Positions 38,289 through 50,233 are shown, counted from the first letter of the whole stretch. The stretch: DNA of 63,814 bases, filler included, from Limisphaerales bacterium (GCA_044225505.1; 3 parts of 3 records of this genome joined end to end with filler, not necessarily neighbours in it), one strand, 5' to 3'. Notes: a model not told the origin generated them from the sequence alone. Translations and numbers: made by a program.

Positions 38289-39707
38289 CTACACTTCCTT
38301 GGCCAATCGGACTCCCAGCTTTAATAGTTGCGCAGCGTCGCGGTCAGACCGGGCTTCCGCGTAGATGCGTAAGATGGGTTCAGTCCCAGAACCGCGCAGC
38401 ATCAGCCAGCTTGAATCCTGAGCCACGAACTTTACGCCATCATACGATTTGATCTCTTGCACACTGGACCGCAACAGCTTGGCAGGGGGATGACTCTTGA
38501 GGTACTCCATTAATTGCGGACGCTTTTCCACGGGGAAATGGGCGTCGATCCGAGCGTAACGATGCGGACCGAACTCTTGTTCCAGCTTCGCCAGCAGCTT
38601 CGTGAGCGGTTTCTTTTCGACGGCCAGGAGTTCCAGGAGCATTAGCCCAGCGAGGATTCCATCGCGTTCGGGAACATGCCCTGGAAAGCCGATCCCACCG
38701 CTCTCCTCAAAACCCAAAAGGACTCCACCCTTGATCAACTCCGCACAGATGTACTTAAAGCCAACCCCCGTTTCGACCAGGGGAAGATTATACTTCGCAC
38801 AAATTTTATCGACCATTGACGTGGTCGTTAACGCCTTCACCACGCGCCCAGAGCCTTTTCGGTTCAATATGAAGTGACGCAAGAGCAAGCAGATGATCTG
38901 GTGGGTAGAAAGGGCATTGCCGCGTCCGTCCATTCCGCCGACCCGATCCGCGTCTCCGTCCGTGACCAAACACAGATCGTGCGGATGCTTCTTCAAGTAA
39001 GCTGCGCCTAAGGCATAGTTTTTCGCGATAGGCTCCGGATTGATGCCGCCGAAGAAGCAATCGTGCCGGCCATTTAAGGTCGTAACCTTGCAGGTGGTGC
39101 CGGCCAGAAGCTCATCAAAGCACCCCGCCCCGACCCCAAACAGGGCGTCATGCGCAAACCGAACGCGAGACGCCGCAATCAGCGGAAAATCAACCAGTTT
39201 CTTGATGGCGCGGTAATGGGCCTGGCGCAGGTCGCGCAGAACAATTCTCTTCTCGCGCACCGCCTTATCGAACTCGGAGATCTGCGGAGTCGATTGATCG
39301 AGGTTAGCCTCGACAGCTTGACAAATTCCAGGGTCAGCGGACCCACCAAAGAAGGCCTTGAGTTTGAATCCGTTGAAGATTGGCGGGTTATGGCTGGCCG
39401 TGATCATCACACCTCCGACAGCCCGTTCGGCCTTCACGGCGAGGGAAACGGCCGGCGTCGGCGTGGGCTGATCTGTTAAGATCACTTTGAAGCCGTTGCC
39501 AGCCAGGACCTCTGCCGTCCGTTTGGCAAACTGGTCGGACAAAAAACGGCGGTCGTAACCAACGATCGTGGTTGGCTCGGTGCCAGGGGGCGGATTCTTT
39601 TTCCAAAAATCGGCGGTGGCTTGCGAGACACGTTCGACGTTAGCAAACGTGAAATCCTCACCGATCACAGCACGCCAACCATCGGTTCCAAACTTGAGTT
39701 GAGCCAT
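38289..39707 (-). CDS. Phosphoglucomutase/phosphomannomutase family protein
   Basis: KFGTDGWR, TASHNP, DGDADR, GFEESGG, LRGSGTEP. Confidence 0.95.
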   Translation of the reverse strand: MAQLKFGTDGWRAVIGEDFTFANVERVSQATADFWKKNPPPGTEPTTIVGYDRRFLSDQFAKRTAEVLAGNGFKVILTDQPTPTPAVSLAVKAERAVGGVMITASHNPPIFNGFKLKAFFGGSADPGICQAVEANLDQSTPQISEFDKAVREKRIVLRDLRQAHYRAIKKLVDFPLIAASRVRFAHDALFGVGAGCFDELLAGTTCKVTTLNGRHDCFFGGINPEPIAKNYALGAAYLKKHPHDLCLVTDGDADRVGGMDGRGNALSTHQIICLLLRHFILNRKGSGRVVKALTTTSMVDKICAKYNLPLVETGVGFKYICAELIKGGVLLGFEESGGIGFPGHVPERDGILAGLMLLELLAVEKKPLTKLLAKLEQEFGPHRYARIDAHFPVEKRPQLMEYLKSHPPAKLLRSSVQEIKSYDGVKFVAQDSSWLMLRGSGTEPILRIYAEARSDRDAAQLLKLGVRLAKEV

Positions 39708-39787
39708 AGGTTTCACGGACGTTCCAAGGGCAGTCCAAGGAAGCCTTAGTGGACCTGAGCAAGCGGCTTTTGGCGAGTCAAATCGAA

Positions 39788-40075
39788 CTACCGCCGCGTT
39801 ATCAATGCACCAAAAAACAGCCCTGCGGCGAAGGCCATCCCCAAGCACTGGTAGGGATATTCCCGGATCCAGTGATCAGCCGCCTTGACGCCGACAGAGG
39901 CGGCCTCTTCTGCACGATTTAAGCTGTCCTTGGCAACCACCAGCGCACCGGCAAGTCGAGCCCGAGCCTCGCGGGTTCTTTCTTCGATATCCCCCGCCGT
40001 GGCTTTGATCAAATCTTCGGCATCTTGGACGACAACACGCACGTCACGAACCAACTTATCTGCACTCCCTTGCAT
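39788..40075 (-). CDS. DUF883 (ElaB/YqjD) family tail-anchored protein
   Basis: DAEDLIKATA...D.WIREYPYQ..G.AFAAG..FGALITRR; AAGGA Shine-Dalgarno. Confidence 0.88.
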   Translation of the reverse strand: MQGSADKLVRDVRVVVQDAEDLIKATAGDIEERTREARARLAGALVVAKDSLNRAEEAASVGVKAADHWIREYPYQCLGMAFAAGLFFGALITRR

Positions 40076-40344
40076 AGTGATCCTTTGGTTTGGGCCTACC
40101 TGTTGGGCACAATCTCCCTTATTTCGTTGAAGTGTCAACCGGCCTAACGGCCGTTCTATCAAGGAGTCCGACGGTGCGCAAGGAGTAGACTTTCGACGAA
40201 ATTCGGTCCAGAGCTTGAACTCCGCTGAGCGTGACGAGGTGATCAAAGCCAGGGCCGTTCCCAATTCCGGGAAGTTGCCCAACGTTTGGATACAGAATGT
40301 TTTGCGCTGCCCTGGCGTTTCCCGGTAGTCTTCGGGAAAGCCTT

Positions 40345-41286
40345 ATGCAAACGCTGCCACTCGGCAAGAGCGAGTTGATGACGAGTCGAATCGCGTACGG
40401 ATGTTGGCGCTTGGGAGGTTCGGAAGCCTCGGAGCCAACCCAAGAACGCGCTGTGCAAAGCCGACGTGCGGTGATCGCCGCTTACCAGGCTGGCTACACG
40501 CTCTTTGACCACGCGGACATCTACTCCCACGGCGAAGGTGAGCGAATCTTCGGGCAAGTCCTTCGGGAAGTCGCGGGAATGCGCGAAAAGATCTTAATTG
40601 CCACCAAATGTGGTGTCAGCCGCCAAGGGAACCCTAAACCAGACTCACCTTATCGTTATGACTTTTCCGCAGGGCACATTATCTGGTCGTGTGAACAATC
40701 GTTGAAGCGGTTGGGAATCGAGACGATCGATCTCTACCAATTGCATCGCCCGGATTACCTTTGCGATCCGGAGGAAGTGGCCACGGTCTTCGCTCGATTG
40801 CAGCAATCGGGTAAGGTCCGGGAGTTTGGGGTAAGTAACTTTCGACCGTCACAGCTAGCGGCCCTTCAGAAGGCGTGCCCTATGCCGCTCGTCGTTAACC
40901 AGATCGAGATTAATTTGGCACGGTTAGACAGCTTTCACGATGGCAGCCTGGATCAGTGCTTAATGGAGCGAATCACGCCCCTGGCTTGGAGCCCATTGGC
41001 CGCAGGACGACTTGCCAGCAACGATCCCATCGATCTGCGAGACCCGGATCACGCACGCCGCATCCACGTGCGGGAGGTGCTGGACTTGATTGCCCGCGAA
41101 CGTGGGACAAGCCGTCCGGTGGTCGCGCTGGCCTGGCTATTGAAACATCCGAGTCAGATCATCCCAATCGTTGGGTCAACCGACCCGACTCGGATTGGGG
41201 AATTGACGAAGGCCGCGGATCTTGATTTAACCCGGGACGAATGGTACCGGCTGCTCGAAGCTGCCATAGGAAGTCGGCTGCCTTGA
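40345..41286 (+). CDS. Aldo/keto reductase (YdhF-like)
   Basis: SRIAYGCWRL, FDHADIY, ATKCG, LHRPD, GVSNF, WLLKHP. Confidence 0.92.
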   Translation: MQTLPLGKSELMTSRIAYGCWRLGGSEASEPTQERAVQSRRAVIAAYQAGYTLFDHADIYSHGEGERIFGQVLREVAGMREKILIATKCGVSRQGNPKPDSPYRYDFSAGHIIWSCEQSLKRLGIETIDLYQLHRPDYLCDPEEVATVFARLQQSGKVREFGVSNFRPSQLAALQKACPMPLVVNQIEINLARLDSFHDGSLDQCLMERITPLAWSPLAAGRLASNDPIDLRDPDHARRIHVREVLDLIARERGTSRPVVALAWLLKHPSQIIPIVGSTDPTRIGELTKAADLDLTRDEWYRLLEAAIGSRLP

Positions 41287-41302
41287 CCGCTCCGGTGGAG
41301 CG

Positions 41303-41905
41303 TTACGCTTGCTGATTGATTTCCGCTTCCACTTTGCGGGCACACGTCGGACAGATGCTATGGCTAAAGCGAAAATCCGACCGGAAAGCGAGGTAGGTCT
41401 CGATCGGTTGCCATTCTTGCTGATCGTCGCGGATTTGTTTGCAGTAGGCGCAGATTGGCAAGAGGCCCATCAACTGTCGCTCCCGTTCGAGAGCGGCTTC
41501 TAATTGATAGACACGCTCGGCCAACGCTCGCTGCAATCGAACCACCCGAGCTCCAACCTGCACACGCGCACGCAGTTCGTCTTGATTAAACGGCTTGACG
41601 ATGTAATCGTCCGCACCGCTTTCGAGCCCGTGGACCACATCTCCTGTCGCCCCCCGGGAGGTGAGTAACACAATATAGGTGGACGAATTTTGTGGATGAG
41701 ACCGAACCTCGCGGCAAACCTCGGGGCCACTCATATCGGGCATAAGCCAGTCGAGAATGGCAATCGCAGGAGGATGCGGAGAATGCAGGACAGCCAATGC
41801 TTCCTCGCCAGTCCCTACCGCGACGGTTTCGTAGCCCCATCGGCTCGCGGAGTTCTGGAGCATTTTCCGCGAAACCGAATCATCGTCAGCAATCAGTATT
41901 TTCAC
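41303..41905 (-). CDS. Response regulator with C-terminal Cys-rich LLPICxxCK...HSICPTC module
   Basis: REC (ILIADDD, LDWLMP, GADDYIVKP) plus the same tail as 2742-3722. Confidence 0.9.
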   Translation of the reverse strand: MKILIADDDSVSRKMLQNSASRWGYETVAVGTGEEALAVLHSPHPPAIAILDWLMPDMSGPEVCREVRSHPQNSSTYIVLLTSRGATGDVVHGLESGADDYIVKPFNQDELRARVQVGARVVRLQRALAERVYQLEAALERERQLMGLLPICAYCKQIRDDQQEWQPIETYLAFRSDFRFSHSICPTCARKVEAEINQQA

Positions 41906-42204
41906 AAGTCGAGTTCCGAATCAATCCTCGCAGTGCCCAGGGATTATATACTGTCCACCGTTACGGCCGAGACACGGTCAACGCTGTTTTGCTCGCGTCC
42001 AGTTCGGTTGCCCAGCCGGCGAGGCAACGGCGTTTGCGCGCCCAGCGCCATCTACCTGCGATCTTAACGGCCCCTGCGCAGGCCTTAAATGGAAGAAGCC
42101 ATTCCGTTCGGAATCCCAGTCACCTCAAGCCTCAAAAACCTGGCTCGAGGCAAGGGTCATACGGCCCTTGATGCCCCGCTTCTGTTTCTATCCAAGGCTT
42201 CAAT

Positions 42205-42220
42205 AGCAAGCGGAAGACCA
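42205..42220 (-). promoter_or_regulatory. sigma54 (-24/-12) promoter motif
   Basis: TGGTCTTCCGCTTGCT fits TGG-N9-TGCT, in a 600-bp intergenic region. Confidence 0.45.
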
Positions 42221-42501
42221 GTGGCACTGTAATAATCACTTTTGAGAAGACACAGGATGGCGATAGCCGTTCGATCCGGGCGAGTGCCAGGATGCCGGCT
42301 TGGGGGGATTCCTCAGCGCCTGAAAGAGGGCCTCTGTCCCAGCGAGTTACAAATGCGCCTGATTGAGAGATTCAGTCCAGAGACACGCGCTGCCTATTAA
42401 AACCTGAAAACGATGTTGTTGCTCGCCAAGTCGGGACTTTGACTTTGTTCTGGCCGGGCGCGGACCCGCCGAGCGGTGGAATTCGCCACACCGACCTTGG
42501 T

Positions 42502-43908
42502 TCAAGGCCTCTTGGATGCCACTTGTGCGTTCGGCTTCATAGGGACTGGAATCAAGCGACTTAGAAGCTTGCCGCTCTCGGCATCGTAAATCCGCACGTT
42601 TCCGTCGTATCCACCGGTCGCCAGACGATTACTGATCGGCTGAAATGCCACCGTGAAGATAGCCCCTTCGTGCCCGGTGAGGGTAGCGCTGCGCGAACCG
42701 TCGTTTGTCTTATAGATCCGCACTTCAGGATAAGCGCCCGCCACCGCAATACGATCCCCAGTTGGCGCGTAAGCCACAGCCCGGACCGGGCCGGGTTGTC
42801 GCTCGAATTCCCGGACCATATTCACATCATTATTGGCCGCGGTTCGCTGTTGGTTTTCCTGCATGCGGTAAATGCGAACCCCACCCATATCTCCGCCGTA
42901 GAGAATCTGATCGAGTTGCGGATGGCGCGCGAAGCAGAGAACTCCCTCAATGAGCTTGTTGACATCGTCGATCAACTGGCCATTGGATGGATCTATCAGC
43001 TTCATGGCCCGGTCTCGACTGCCCGACAATAACCGTTTGCCATCGACCGTAAAGGTCGTCCCCAAAACCCAGTCGCTATGGTTGTCGAAACGCAACGTCT
43101 CGAGACCATCCTGGACGCGGAGCATCCGCACAGATTTGTCTGCGCAGCCAAATGCAATTCGGTCTGCTTCTGGTGAAAACGAAACACCATAGACGCAGTC
43201 TGACGTCACACGATAAGCTCCGAGTCGCCGCCTCGAAGCAATCTCCCAAACTTGGATCTCGCCAAATTGTGCTGGCGCACCGCCGCTGACAGCCAGACGC
43301 TTGCCGTCCGGAGAGAAAGCCAGCGACTCAATTCTCGGAGAGTCGCCGATCAGGCGAGCCAAGAGCTCGGTCCCATCCCCGCTGTGCAAGAGGACCTCGT
43401 GGTAACCAGAAACCGCCAGGACTTTGCCGTCCGGAGAATAAGCGAGCGCCGACAGGACAGGCGGAACCGAGTAAGTGGGCGGCTCTTTATCCGTGAATTT
43501 GGCCGCAGAGAGCGGGGTATCGTCCCTGGCCCCCTCGAGAATCCACCGTTCAAAGAGCGCCACTTCCGCCTTGCTCAGTGGATCGCCTTCCTTCGGCATG
43601 CTTGGCTCGTCGCCGCTGATCTCTTCGAGCAGCCGACTTTTGCCAGGTTCTCCAGGTTGAATCGTAGCGCCGTGCTTGCCACCGCGGTAAAGCGCAGCAA
43701 AAGTAGTAAGGTCGAGGTCACCTTTCAGCTTTCCAGGATGATGGCATCCAGTGCAGCTCCGTTTGAGAATTGGAACCACATCCTCGGCGTAGGAAACTGG
43801 CTTGGACGCGGCCTCGGAGTCGAGAATCCGGCCCGCAATTGTCACCAGTCCGAACGCCGCCATCCTCGTCCAGCAACGCCGCGACCAGCTCACGAGTTTT
43901 AGAGACAT
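42502..43908 (-). CDS. Planctomycete-type cytochrome c domain plus WD40 repeat protein
   Basis: Signal peptide, CTGCH, MP....PL...E..LFERWI..GA, WD40 repeats. Confidence 0.88.
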   Translation of the reverse strand: MSLKLVSWSRRCWTRMAAFGLVTIAGRILDSEAASKPVSYAEDVVPILKRSCTGCHHPGKLKGDLDLTTFAALYRGGKHGATIQPGEPGKSRLLEEISGDEPSMPKEGDPLSKAEVALFERWILEGARDDTPLSAAKFTDKEPPTYSVPPVLSALAYSPDGKVLAVSGYHEVLLHSGDGTELLARLIGDSPRIESLAFSPDGKRLAVSGGAPAQFGEIQVWEIASRRRLGAYRVTSDCVYGVSFSPEADRIAFGCADKSVRMLRVQDGLETLRFDNHSDWVLGTTFTVDGKRLLSGSRDRAMKLIDPSNGQLIDDVNKLIEGVLCFARHPQLDQILYGGDMGGVRIYRMQENQQRTAANNDVNMVREFERQPGPVRAVAYAPTGDRIAVAGAYPEVRIYKTNDGSRSATLTGHEGAIFTVAFQPISNRLATGGYDGNVRIYDAESGKLLSRLIPVPMKPNAQVASKRP

Positions 43909-43925
43909 AATGCGAAACGAGGGGA

Positions 43926-46346
43926 CTATTTTGTATCCGCCAGGTCCGTGGGTTTCGTGATCGAAAGCGTTACCGGGGCTGTCCGTTGTTGATAACTTCG
44001 GCCCGCCACGGTTGCGGACCCAATCACGGTGATCTGAAACTCCTTGTCGACGGGAGCTTTATCTGTGCTGCTCAATCGAAACGCCGCTTCGCTGCTTTGA
44101 CTGGGAAGGTTCGTAGATGTCGCTGTCACCCCTTCGGGTAATCCCTCCAGCGATAGGTTAATCTGGTCCGTGAACCACCCGCGACGCGACACGCGCACCG
44201 CAAATTCCGCCTCCGACGCGGCGGACTTGGCTCCGGCCGGCAGCACCGCGACGGAAAGACGTTTCATCGTGTTCACGAGCGTGAAAGGCAATTCACGGAG
44301 GGAGAGCGGCAAAGCGTCGCTGTATTGAGTAACGCCTTCACCGTTTACGCTGGCTTCACCGCGGACATAGATCGGGCGTGTCCCTGTCTCAGAGTCAGTT
44401 CGGGCTTTGAGCGCAATGACAGCTTGAGACTCCCCAGCTTTGACGGTAACCGCCGCAGCATCCACGTTGCGTGAGAGCGGCTCACGCCCGGAACTGTAAC
44501 CCTCCGCAATGAGTTTTATCTCACCATCGAACCCGTTGCGTCGCACGTTCACGTAAAGCTTGGCGGACTGATCTTGTTCCATCGCCAGACTCAACGTGGC
44601 CAACTGGAGCGCAAAGGGCGGTGGGCTCGCCGTAACAGTTAATAAGGCCTCTTTTGTCACTCGGTCACCGGACATCGGTTCGGCTTGCCTCGTCAGGAAC
44701 TGTCCGTCGAGGGCCGCCCGGCCAGTGATTTTGATGGGGTGCACGCCCCCTTCCGCCTGGCCGCTCGCCGAGAGGATCAGCAATCCGTTGCTCGGATCGT
44801 CCGGAGCCATTAAGATCGGCTCCGCGGTCACTCCTGCAGGGAGTTCGTCACAGACGATGCGCACTGGCCCATTAAATCCCGCCCGCCGGAGAATTTCACA
44901 TCGCACGACGGCTTTTCCGCCGCAATGCAAGCGCGGGGTATCCGGCGTGAAGCGCACCGCAAAGTCGGGATCGGACGGTCGAATCGAAAGCCGATAGACA
45001 AAATCCTCGCCACCGCGACCGAGCAGATCCCTTACGGCGAGCAGATACTCTTTCTCTTTTTCGAACGCGTAATCGATGCGGGCATCAGCTCCTTCAGCAT
45101 CGTCGTTTCGTGCCAGGATTTTCCCAGCCGCATCTTGAAGCACCAGGACAGCGTCCAACGGAGATCCGAACCGTTGAGCGGTAACTTCGCAAATCAGAGT
45201 GCGCGAAGCTGGGACCTTGAACTTGAAATAGTCCACATCCTTGGCGCTTGCGATGCGCCCATTTACCGTTACGGGAACTCGCAAAGGGTTCGCTTCTCCA
45301 GCCAGGTTGTTCGGTTCGGTTTCGATCGATTCCGGGAGGTCGCTGACCTGAAACGGAAATGGACTGGAAAGCCCGTTTTTCGTAAGGAGACGAATTTCCT
45401 GCCATCCCATAGGAGCGTCTGCCGCCGGATGGAGCTGCAGCGTCTGGAGCCCATCCAGATTCTCACCGCGCAGTTTGACATTCACAGAACGGCCGCGTTG
45501 GCCTCCAGCGGGGAAAGCCGAATCGATGCATGGGAGGGCTCCTGCGGTCAGGTGGTACTGATGCTTGGCAGTGCCTTCGTATCGAAAGTCGCGAATCTGC
45601 AGCAGGTACTCACCGTCTTCCGGCACCTTAAAATGAAGGAACGAATCAAATCCTTTGGCGTCTTCGCTCCGAGCGAGCTCCTTTCCGTGGACGTCAACAA
45701 TGGCCAAAGACGAGTCAAGGGGCGAACCCACTCGAAATGCCAGAACATCAAAAATCAGTACTTCTCCTTTTCCGCCCTTAAATCGATACGAGTCTATTTC
45801 CCCTGGGCTTCCGACGGTTCCACTCACACCGATGGGCAAAGGCAATTCCTGCGGTTCGTTCCCAGACCGATTTTCCAGAATCTCAGGGACGGCGCTCAAG
45901 GAGATTGGCAGCGGATTGGACACTCCCGTCTCAGTGATCAGTCGAAGCTCCCCTCCACGGAGCGACGCGTCCGCCGCCACGACGATCTGGGCGGTCGCTT
46001 GGGCAAAGTCTCCCGGTGTTTCCGCAAGGATGCCCCCACGGCTGGCTTCGACAACGATCGGGGCGCGGTCGCGGACACTCGGCAAGAGCGTCACGGTGAC
46101 TCCAGGGTTCCCGCTCACTCGAATCCCTGTGGCGCGCTGCAGGTTTTCGCCGCGCAAGGTGAGGGAGTTTGTGGAGCCACGCGTGAACCACTCGCGGGAA
46201 AGGGAAGTGAGTTTGGGAGTGGGCTGGGCCAACGCCGCAGGAACAAGCATGCAAGCGAGGATTACGACTGTCCGCAGAATCTTTGTCACAGGTCTTGAAC
46301 TCAAATAAAAAGAATCGTCATCTGAAACACCGAGCTCATTCCTCAA
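43926..46346 (-). CDS. PPC (pre-peptidase C-terminal) repeat-containing secreted protein
   Basis: ETEPNN, D.D.Y.F, R.GSPLD..L repeats. Start uncertain. Confidence 0.82.
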   Translation of the reverse strand: MRNELGVSDDDSFYLSSRPVTKILRTVVILACMLVPAALAQPTPKLTSLSREWFTRGSTNSLTLRGENLQRATGIRVSGNPGVTVTLLPSVRDRAPIVVEASRGGILAETPGDFAQATAQIVVAADASLRGGELRLITETGVSNPLPISLSAVPEILENRSGNEPQELPLPIGVSGTVGSPGEIDSYRFKGGKGEVLIFDVLAFRVGSPLDSSLAIVDVHGKELARSEDAKGFDSFLHFKVPEDGEYLLQIRDFRYEGTAKHQYHLTAGALPCIDSAFPAGGQRGRSVNVKLRGENLDGLQTLQLHPAADAPMGWQEIRLLTKNGLSSPFPFQVSDLPESIETEPNNLAGEANPLRVPVTVNGRIASAKDVDYFKFKVPASRTLICEVTAQRFGSPLDAVLVLQDAAGKILARNDDAEGADARIDYAFEKEKEYLLAVRDLLGRGGEDFVYRLSIRPSDPDFAVRFTPDTPRLHCGGKAVVRCEILRRAGFNGPVRIVCDELPAGVTAEPILMAPDDPSNGLLILSASGQAEGGVHPIKITGRAALDGQFLTRQAEPMSGDRVTKEALLTVTASPPPFALQLATLSLAMEQDQSAKLYVNVRRNGFDGEIKLIAEGYSSGREPLSRNVDAAAVTVKAGESQAVIALKARTDSETGTRPIYVRGEASVNGEGVTQYSDALPLSLRELPFTLVNTMKRLSVAVLPAGAKSAASEAEFAVRVSRRGWFTDQINLSLEGLPEGVTATSTNLPSQSSEAAFRLSSTDKAPVDKEFQITVIGSATVAGRSYQQRTAPVTLSITKPTDLADTK

Positions 46347-47791
46347 CCGAAAAGGTTAAATACCGGTTCGGCCTGCACCAATTCTCGCGGTTGGTTCAAA
46401 TGGTTCAGCACGATGGTATGCGGATCGATTCCGAGCGCGTGATAGATCGTCGCTAAAATCTGGGTGGGATGCACCGGGTTTTCGGCCGGTGACGAGCCAG
46501 TGGCGTCAGACTTGCCGTAAACCGCGCCGCGTTTTACCCCGGCTCCAGCAACTAGCGCGGTATAGCAGTATGGCCAATGATCACGCCCATCTGGCGAGTT
46601 GCTGTTGCCCGATGTGCTCACTCCGAGACGAGGGGAGCGACCGAACTCACCGATGGCAACGACCAGCGTTTCTTTGAGCAAACCACGCTCATCCAGTTCA
46701 CTAAGCAAAGAGGACAAACCGCTATCCAATTTAGGGCAATGCAAATTCTTCAGGGGCCCAAAATTAGCCGCGTGTGTATCCCAAGCGGTCGTGTTGGGAT
46801 CTCCGTTGGCCACGGAAGGCCAGTTCATCTGGACAAACTTCGTGCCTGCTTCGATCAGGCGTCGGGCCATGAGACAACCTTGACCGAAGGTATGTCGACC
46901 GTAGCGGTCGCGCACTTTGTCAGGTTCTTTCTCGAGGTCAAAAGCATCACGCGCGCGGCCGGAGAGAATCAAACTGAAAGCCTTTTGATAGTAGCTATCG
47001 AGCGCGTAATTCTCCACCGCCATTTCCATTTCCGGCATCGCCGCGTTCACTCGGTGCAAAAGTTGGCTGCGCCGCTCCAGACGCTCGCGCGAAATGCCTT
47101 CCCGCAAACTCAAATCGTCGAGCTTAATCTGTGTCGCTGGGTCCTGGTAGAAATAGTACGGGTCAAATGCCGGTCCTAGAAATCCGGCCGTGCCTCCTTT
47201 GCCCACCACATTGCTTTCCTGGAGTGGCCGAGGAAGCATAACGAAAGGCAACATCGGCTCTTGCGACGGTTTCAGTCGAACGATTTGAGAGCCCGCATGC
47301 GGAAAATCGTTCGGGGCTGGAGGTTCCAATTGTCCGGACGGCGACACTCGATCAGGAGTGTATCCGGTCATCATCTGGTAGATAGCTGCGGTGTGATTGA
47401 AGAGTCCGGCGGGTGTGTAGCTGACGGACCGGATTAATGTCGCCTTGTCCATTTGCTGGCCGAGCAGGGGCATCGTTTCGCTCAGCCAAATCCCAGGAAC
47501 CTTTGTTTTGATCGGCTTGAACTCGCCGCGGATATTGGACGGCGCGTCGGGTTTCGGATCCCAAATATCAATATGACTCGGACCGCCCTGCAAAAAGAGC
47601 AAAATAACGGATTTGGCTTGGCCCCACCCGTTCTTGGACTTCTCGGTCGCAGCGGGCTCTTTGGCCAAAGTCTGCAATCGCAACACGTCGCCGAGCGACA
47701 ATCCCAGGATTCCAGCTCCGCCCACCCGGAGGAATTCGCGGCGGCTAAATCCATCGCACGTAAACCCCGTTTGTCCTGGTATCGATAGCAT
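46343..47791 (-). CDS. DUF1501 family protein
   Basis: SRREFL Tat-like motif, [31 protein letters not shown]. Confidence 0.93.
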   Translation of the reverse strand: MLSIPGQTGFTCDGFSRREFLRVGGAGILGLSLGDVLRLQTLAKEPAATEKSKNGWGQAKSVILLFLQGGPSHIDIWDPKPDAPSNIRGEFKPIKTKVPGIWLSETMPLLGQQMDKATLIRSVSYTPAGLFNHTAAIYQMMTGYTPDRVSPSGQLEPPAPNDFPHAGSQIVRLKPSQEPMLPFVMLPRPLQESNVVGKGGTAGFLGPAFDPYYFYQDPATQIKLDDLSLREGISRERLERRSQLLHRVNAAMPEMEMAVENYALDSYYQKAFSLILSGRARDAFDLEKEPDKVRDRYGRHTFGQGCLMARRLIEAGTKFVQMNWPSVANGDPNTTAWDTHAANFGPLKNLHCPKLDSGLSSLLSELDERGLLKETLVVAIGEFGRSPRLGVSTSGNSNSPDGRDHWPYCYTALVAGAGVKRGAVYGKSDATGSSPAENPVHPTQILATIYHALGIDPHTIVLNHLNQPRELVQAEPVFNLFG

Positions 47792-47813
47792 AGGTTTCGT
47801 TGGTTAACGGTTA

Positions 47814-47913
47814 NNNNNNNNNNNNNNNNNNNNNNNNNNNNNNNNNNNNNNNNNNNNTTAATTAATTAANNNNNNNNNNNNNNNNNNNNNNNNNNNNNNN
47901 NNNNNNNNNNNNN
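47814..47913. other. Artificial contig linker
   Basis: N44-TTAATTAATTAA-N44. Confidence 0.98.
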
Positions 47914-48591
47914 GAGGTTATGTTTACGTTCCTTGATGAACGTTTCGGTCATAGCGCTGACTTGGTCGATCGAGCCATTCAACCAGAGAGCGGTATCAAT
48001 GCAATGGGCCAGCAAATCACCGGTGACTCCAGAACCGGCCGCCTTGACGTCCAGCCTCCAAAGCGCCGCTCCCCCTTGCGGCAGGTCCGGGCTAATCGTC
48101 CAGTCCTGAAGGAACTTCGCGCGATAATGGAAGATTCGCCCCAAACGGCCCTCGTCAATCAGCTGTTTGGCAAAAGTGACCGCAGGAACACGGCGGTAAT
48201 TGTACCAAACCATGTTAGGCACCTTGGCCTTCTCGACCGCCGCAACCATCTTCTCGCCTTGCGCGCCGTCCATGGACAACGGCTTCTCGCAGAGAATCAT
48301 CTTCCCGGCTTTAGCCGCAGCGGACGCGATCTCCGCATGCAAATTGTTTGGAACACAAATGTCGACTAAGTCGATGTCAGGTCGTGCGATGAGCTTGCGC
48401 CAATCCAACTCGATGGATTCAAAACCCCACTGCTCGGCGAAGGCTTTGACTTTGGCTTCGTCGCGAGCACAGGCAGCTTTTAGCACCGGCCGGTGTGTGA
48501 GATTGAAGAAGTTGTTGACCTTGCGATAGGCGTTGGCATGGGCTCGCCCCATAAACCCGTAGCCGATCAGTCCGACGTTCAATGTTTTCAT
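47914..48591 (-). CDS. Gfo/Idh/MocA oxidoreductase (3'-truncated by gap)
   Basis: [34 protein letters not shown]. Confidence 0.92.
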
Positions 48592-48646
48592 GGTAAAACT
48601 CTAAAAGTTGCAGATCATCACCGCGGCAAAATGGTTCGCCGAGGCG

Positions 48647-49948
48647 TTATTTCTTCTTGCGCCGTGCCGGTGCCGCTTTCTTTTTGGCGGACGCTGGCCG
48701 TCTTGTGGCGGCCTTTTTCGGGGCCGCGGCTTTCTTGACCGCAGGCTTTTTGGCGCCCCGCGCACTGCTTTTCGTAGAAAGCTTGGCCGTCGGTTTTGCA
48801 GTGGGCTTGCGCACGCGCGCTTTGGGTCGATGCTTTGTCGAGACGGCCGGGCTGGAGCGGGCGGCGGGCTTGGAAGACGCTGCAGCTGCAGGTTCCGTCC
48901 AACCGTGCGCATCGCGGACCGCGACCATGGAAGCCAAAATATCGTTCCACGTTTGCTGTTTCATCATGGTGTCGTTGGCAAACATGCATCCATCCCAACA
49001 GATGTGGCGGAACGCTTTGGTCACTCGGCCTTTTTCGTCTCGCATCCAAAACGCCGCATGACGAGAAATGTCCAGCTTGCCATTCGGGTCTCCCGGTAAG
49101 CAGTGGTGGCCGGTCTTATCGTGTGTGCCAGAGCCTTTGACGGTGGCATCGTTCTGGGCGATATGGAAATCAATCGTCCAGGGACGCAGCGCTTTGGTTA
49201 GCGTCTTCAGGGCTTGATCAAGGCGAGCTGGATCGGACCAGTTCCAATCCGGAGGCAAAATGGCGTCTTCGGGAGCATTATAGCCAAGGATATAGAGGAG
49301 CGTGTGCGCCATGTCTGCTTGAAAGCCAATCACCTTGGGGCGATCTACCAATTCGAGTAGTTCCACCATCTTCCGCCAGCCGTGCATGCCCCCCCAACAA
49401 ATCTCGCCTTCCGCCGCCAACCTTTCCCCGTAATCAGCGGCCACATCGCAGGCCTCCCGGAATGTCTGTGCGATCCGGCGCGAATTCTCTTTGGGGTTTT
49501 TCGCCCAGTCTTCCACCCCACTCGCCGAGTCAATCCGAACTACGCCCTCGGGTCGCGCTCCCATCTCCCGCAGTTCTTGCGCGATCCGGCAGCCTTTACG
49601 CACTTGCCCGACAAATTTCTTACGATCCTCATCGGTGCCCATGGCTGGACCACCACCGGTAGGCGGCCAAATAGGAGCTACCACTGAACCGACCACCAAT
49701 CCGCGGCCACGGATCTTATCGGCAACGCGTTTCAAATCGTCGTCACTGATATCAATGTTGATATGGGGTTCAAACAAGAAGATATCGACGCCGTCAAACT
49801 TAATGCCATCCACCTCAGCCTTGGCCGTGAGATCGAGCATCGTGTCGAGGTCGATGCAAGGTTCGGCACCAGGACTGCCTTTGCCAACCAAGCCGGGCCA
49901 CATGGCGTTGTGAAGCTTGGGATAATTGTGATTGCTATGACTGCTCAT
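48647..49948 (-). CDS. Sugar phosphate isomerase/epimerase (TIM barrel) with Lys/Ala/Pro-rich C-terminal tail
   Basis: [28 protein letters not shown]; about 80-aa basic tail. Confidence 0.85.
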   Translation of the reverse strand: MSSHSNHNYPKLHNAMWPGLVGKGSPGAEPCIDLDTMLDLTAKAEVDGIKFDGVDIFLFEPHINIDISDDDLKRVADKIRGRGLVVGSVVAPIWPPTGGGPAMGTDEDRKKFVGQVRKGCRIAQELREMGARPEGVVRIDSASGVEDWAKNPKENSRRIAQTFREACDVAADYGERLAAEGEICWGGMHGWRKMVELLELVDRPKVIGFQADMAHTLLYILGYNAPEDAILPPDWNWSDPARLDQALKTLTKALRPWTIDFHIAQNDATVKGSGTHDKTGHHCLPGDPNGKLDISRHAAFWMRDEKGRVTKAFRHICWDGCMFANDTMMKQQTWNDILASMVAVRDAHGWTEPAAAASSKPAARSSPAVSTKHRPKARVRKPTAKPTAKLSTKSSARGAKKPAVKKAAAPKKAATRRPASAKKKAAPARRKKK

Positions 49949-50233
49949 GATCTTTCCTTTCGGCGCGTGGAGCGTTCCCGCTCAATCTGGCCTGGCAGCG
50001 TCGGCTTTCCGGGAACCAGCCGGGAAAACTGCTGCCCCAGTCCGTTCAAATCGCGTTGCTGTGGCCGGCACCGTATCAGGCGCTCGGAAAGTGTAAAAGC
50101 GGATTTTTCAGTTCCAGCAAAGTTTTACGGAGAAGGGTGGCACAGCCGCTCTGGGACGTTTGAAAGGGCCTCGTGGTCTGCGCCTTCTCGTTGCCCGACC
50201 GTCCGGAATGGAAGATCCTGCCACATTAGTTTT

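Noticed and set aside
44925..46298. 457-aa plus-strand ORF (similarly 32043-33095, 25931-26803, 59566-60567)
   Set aside because: Antisense shadows of well-supported genes in GC-rich DNA, with no recognisable motifs.
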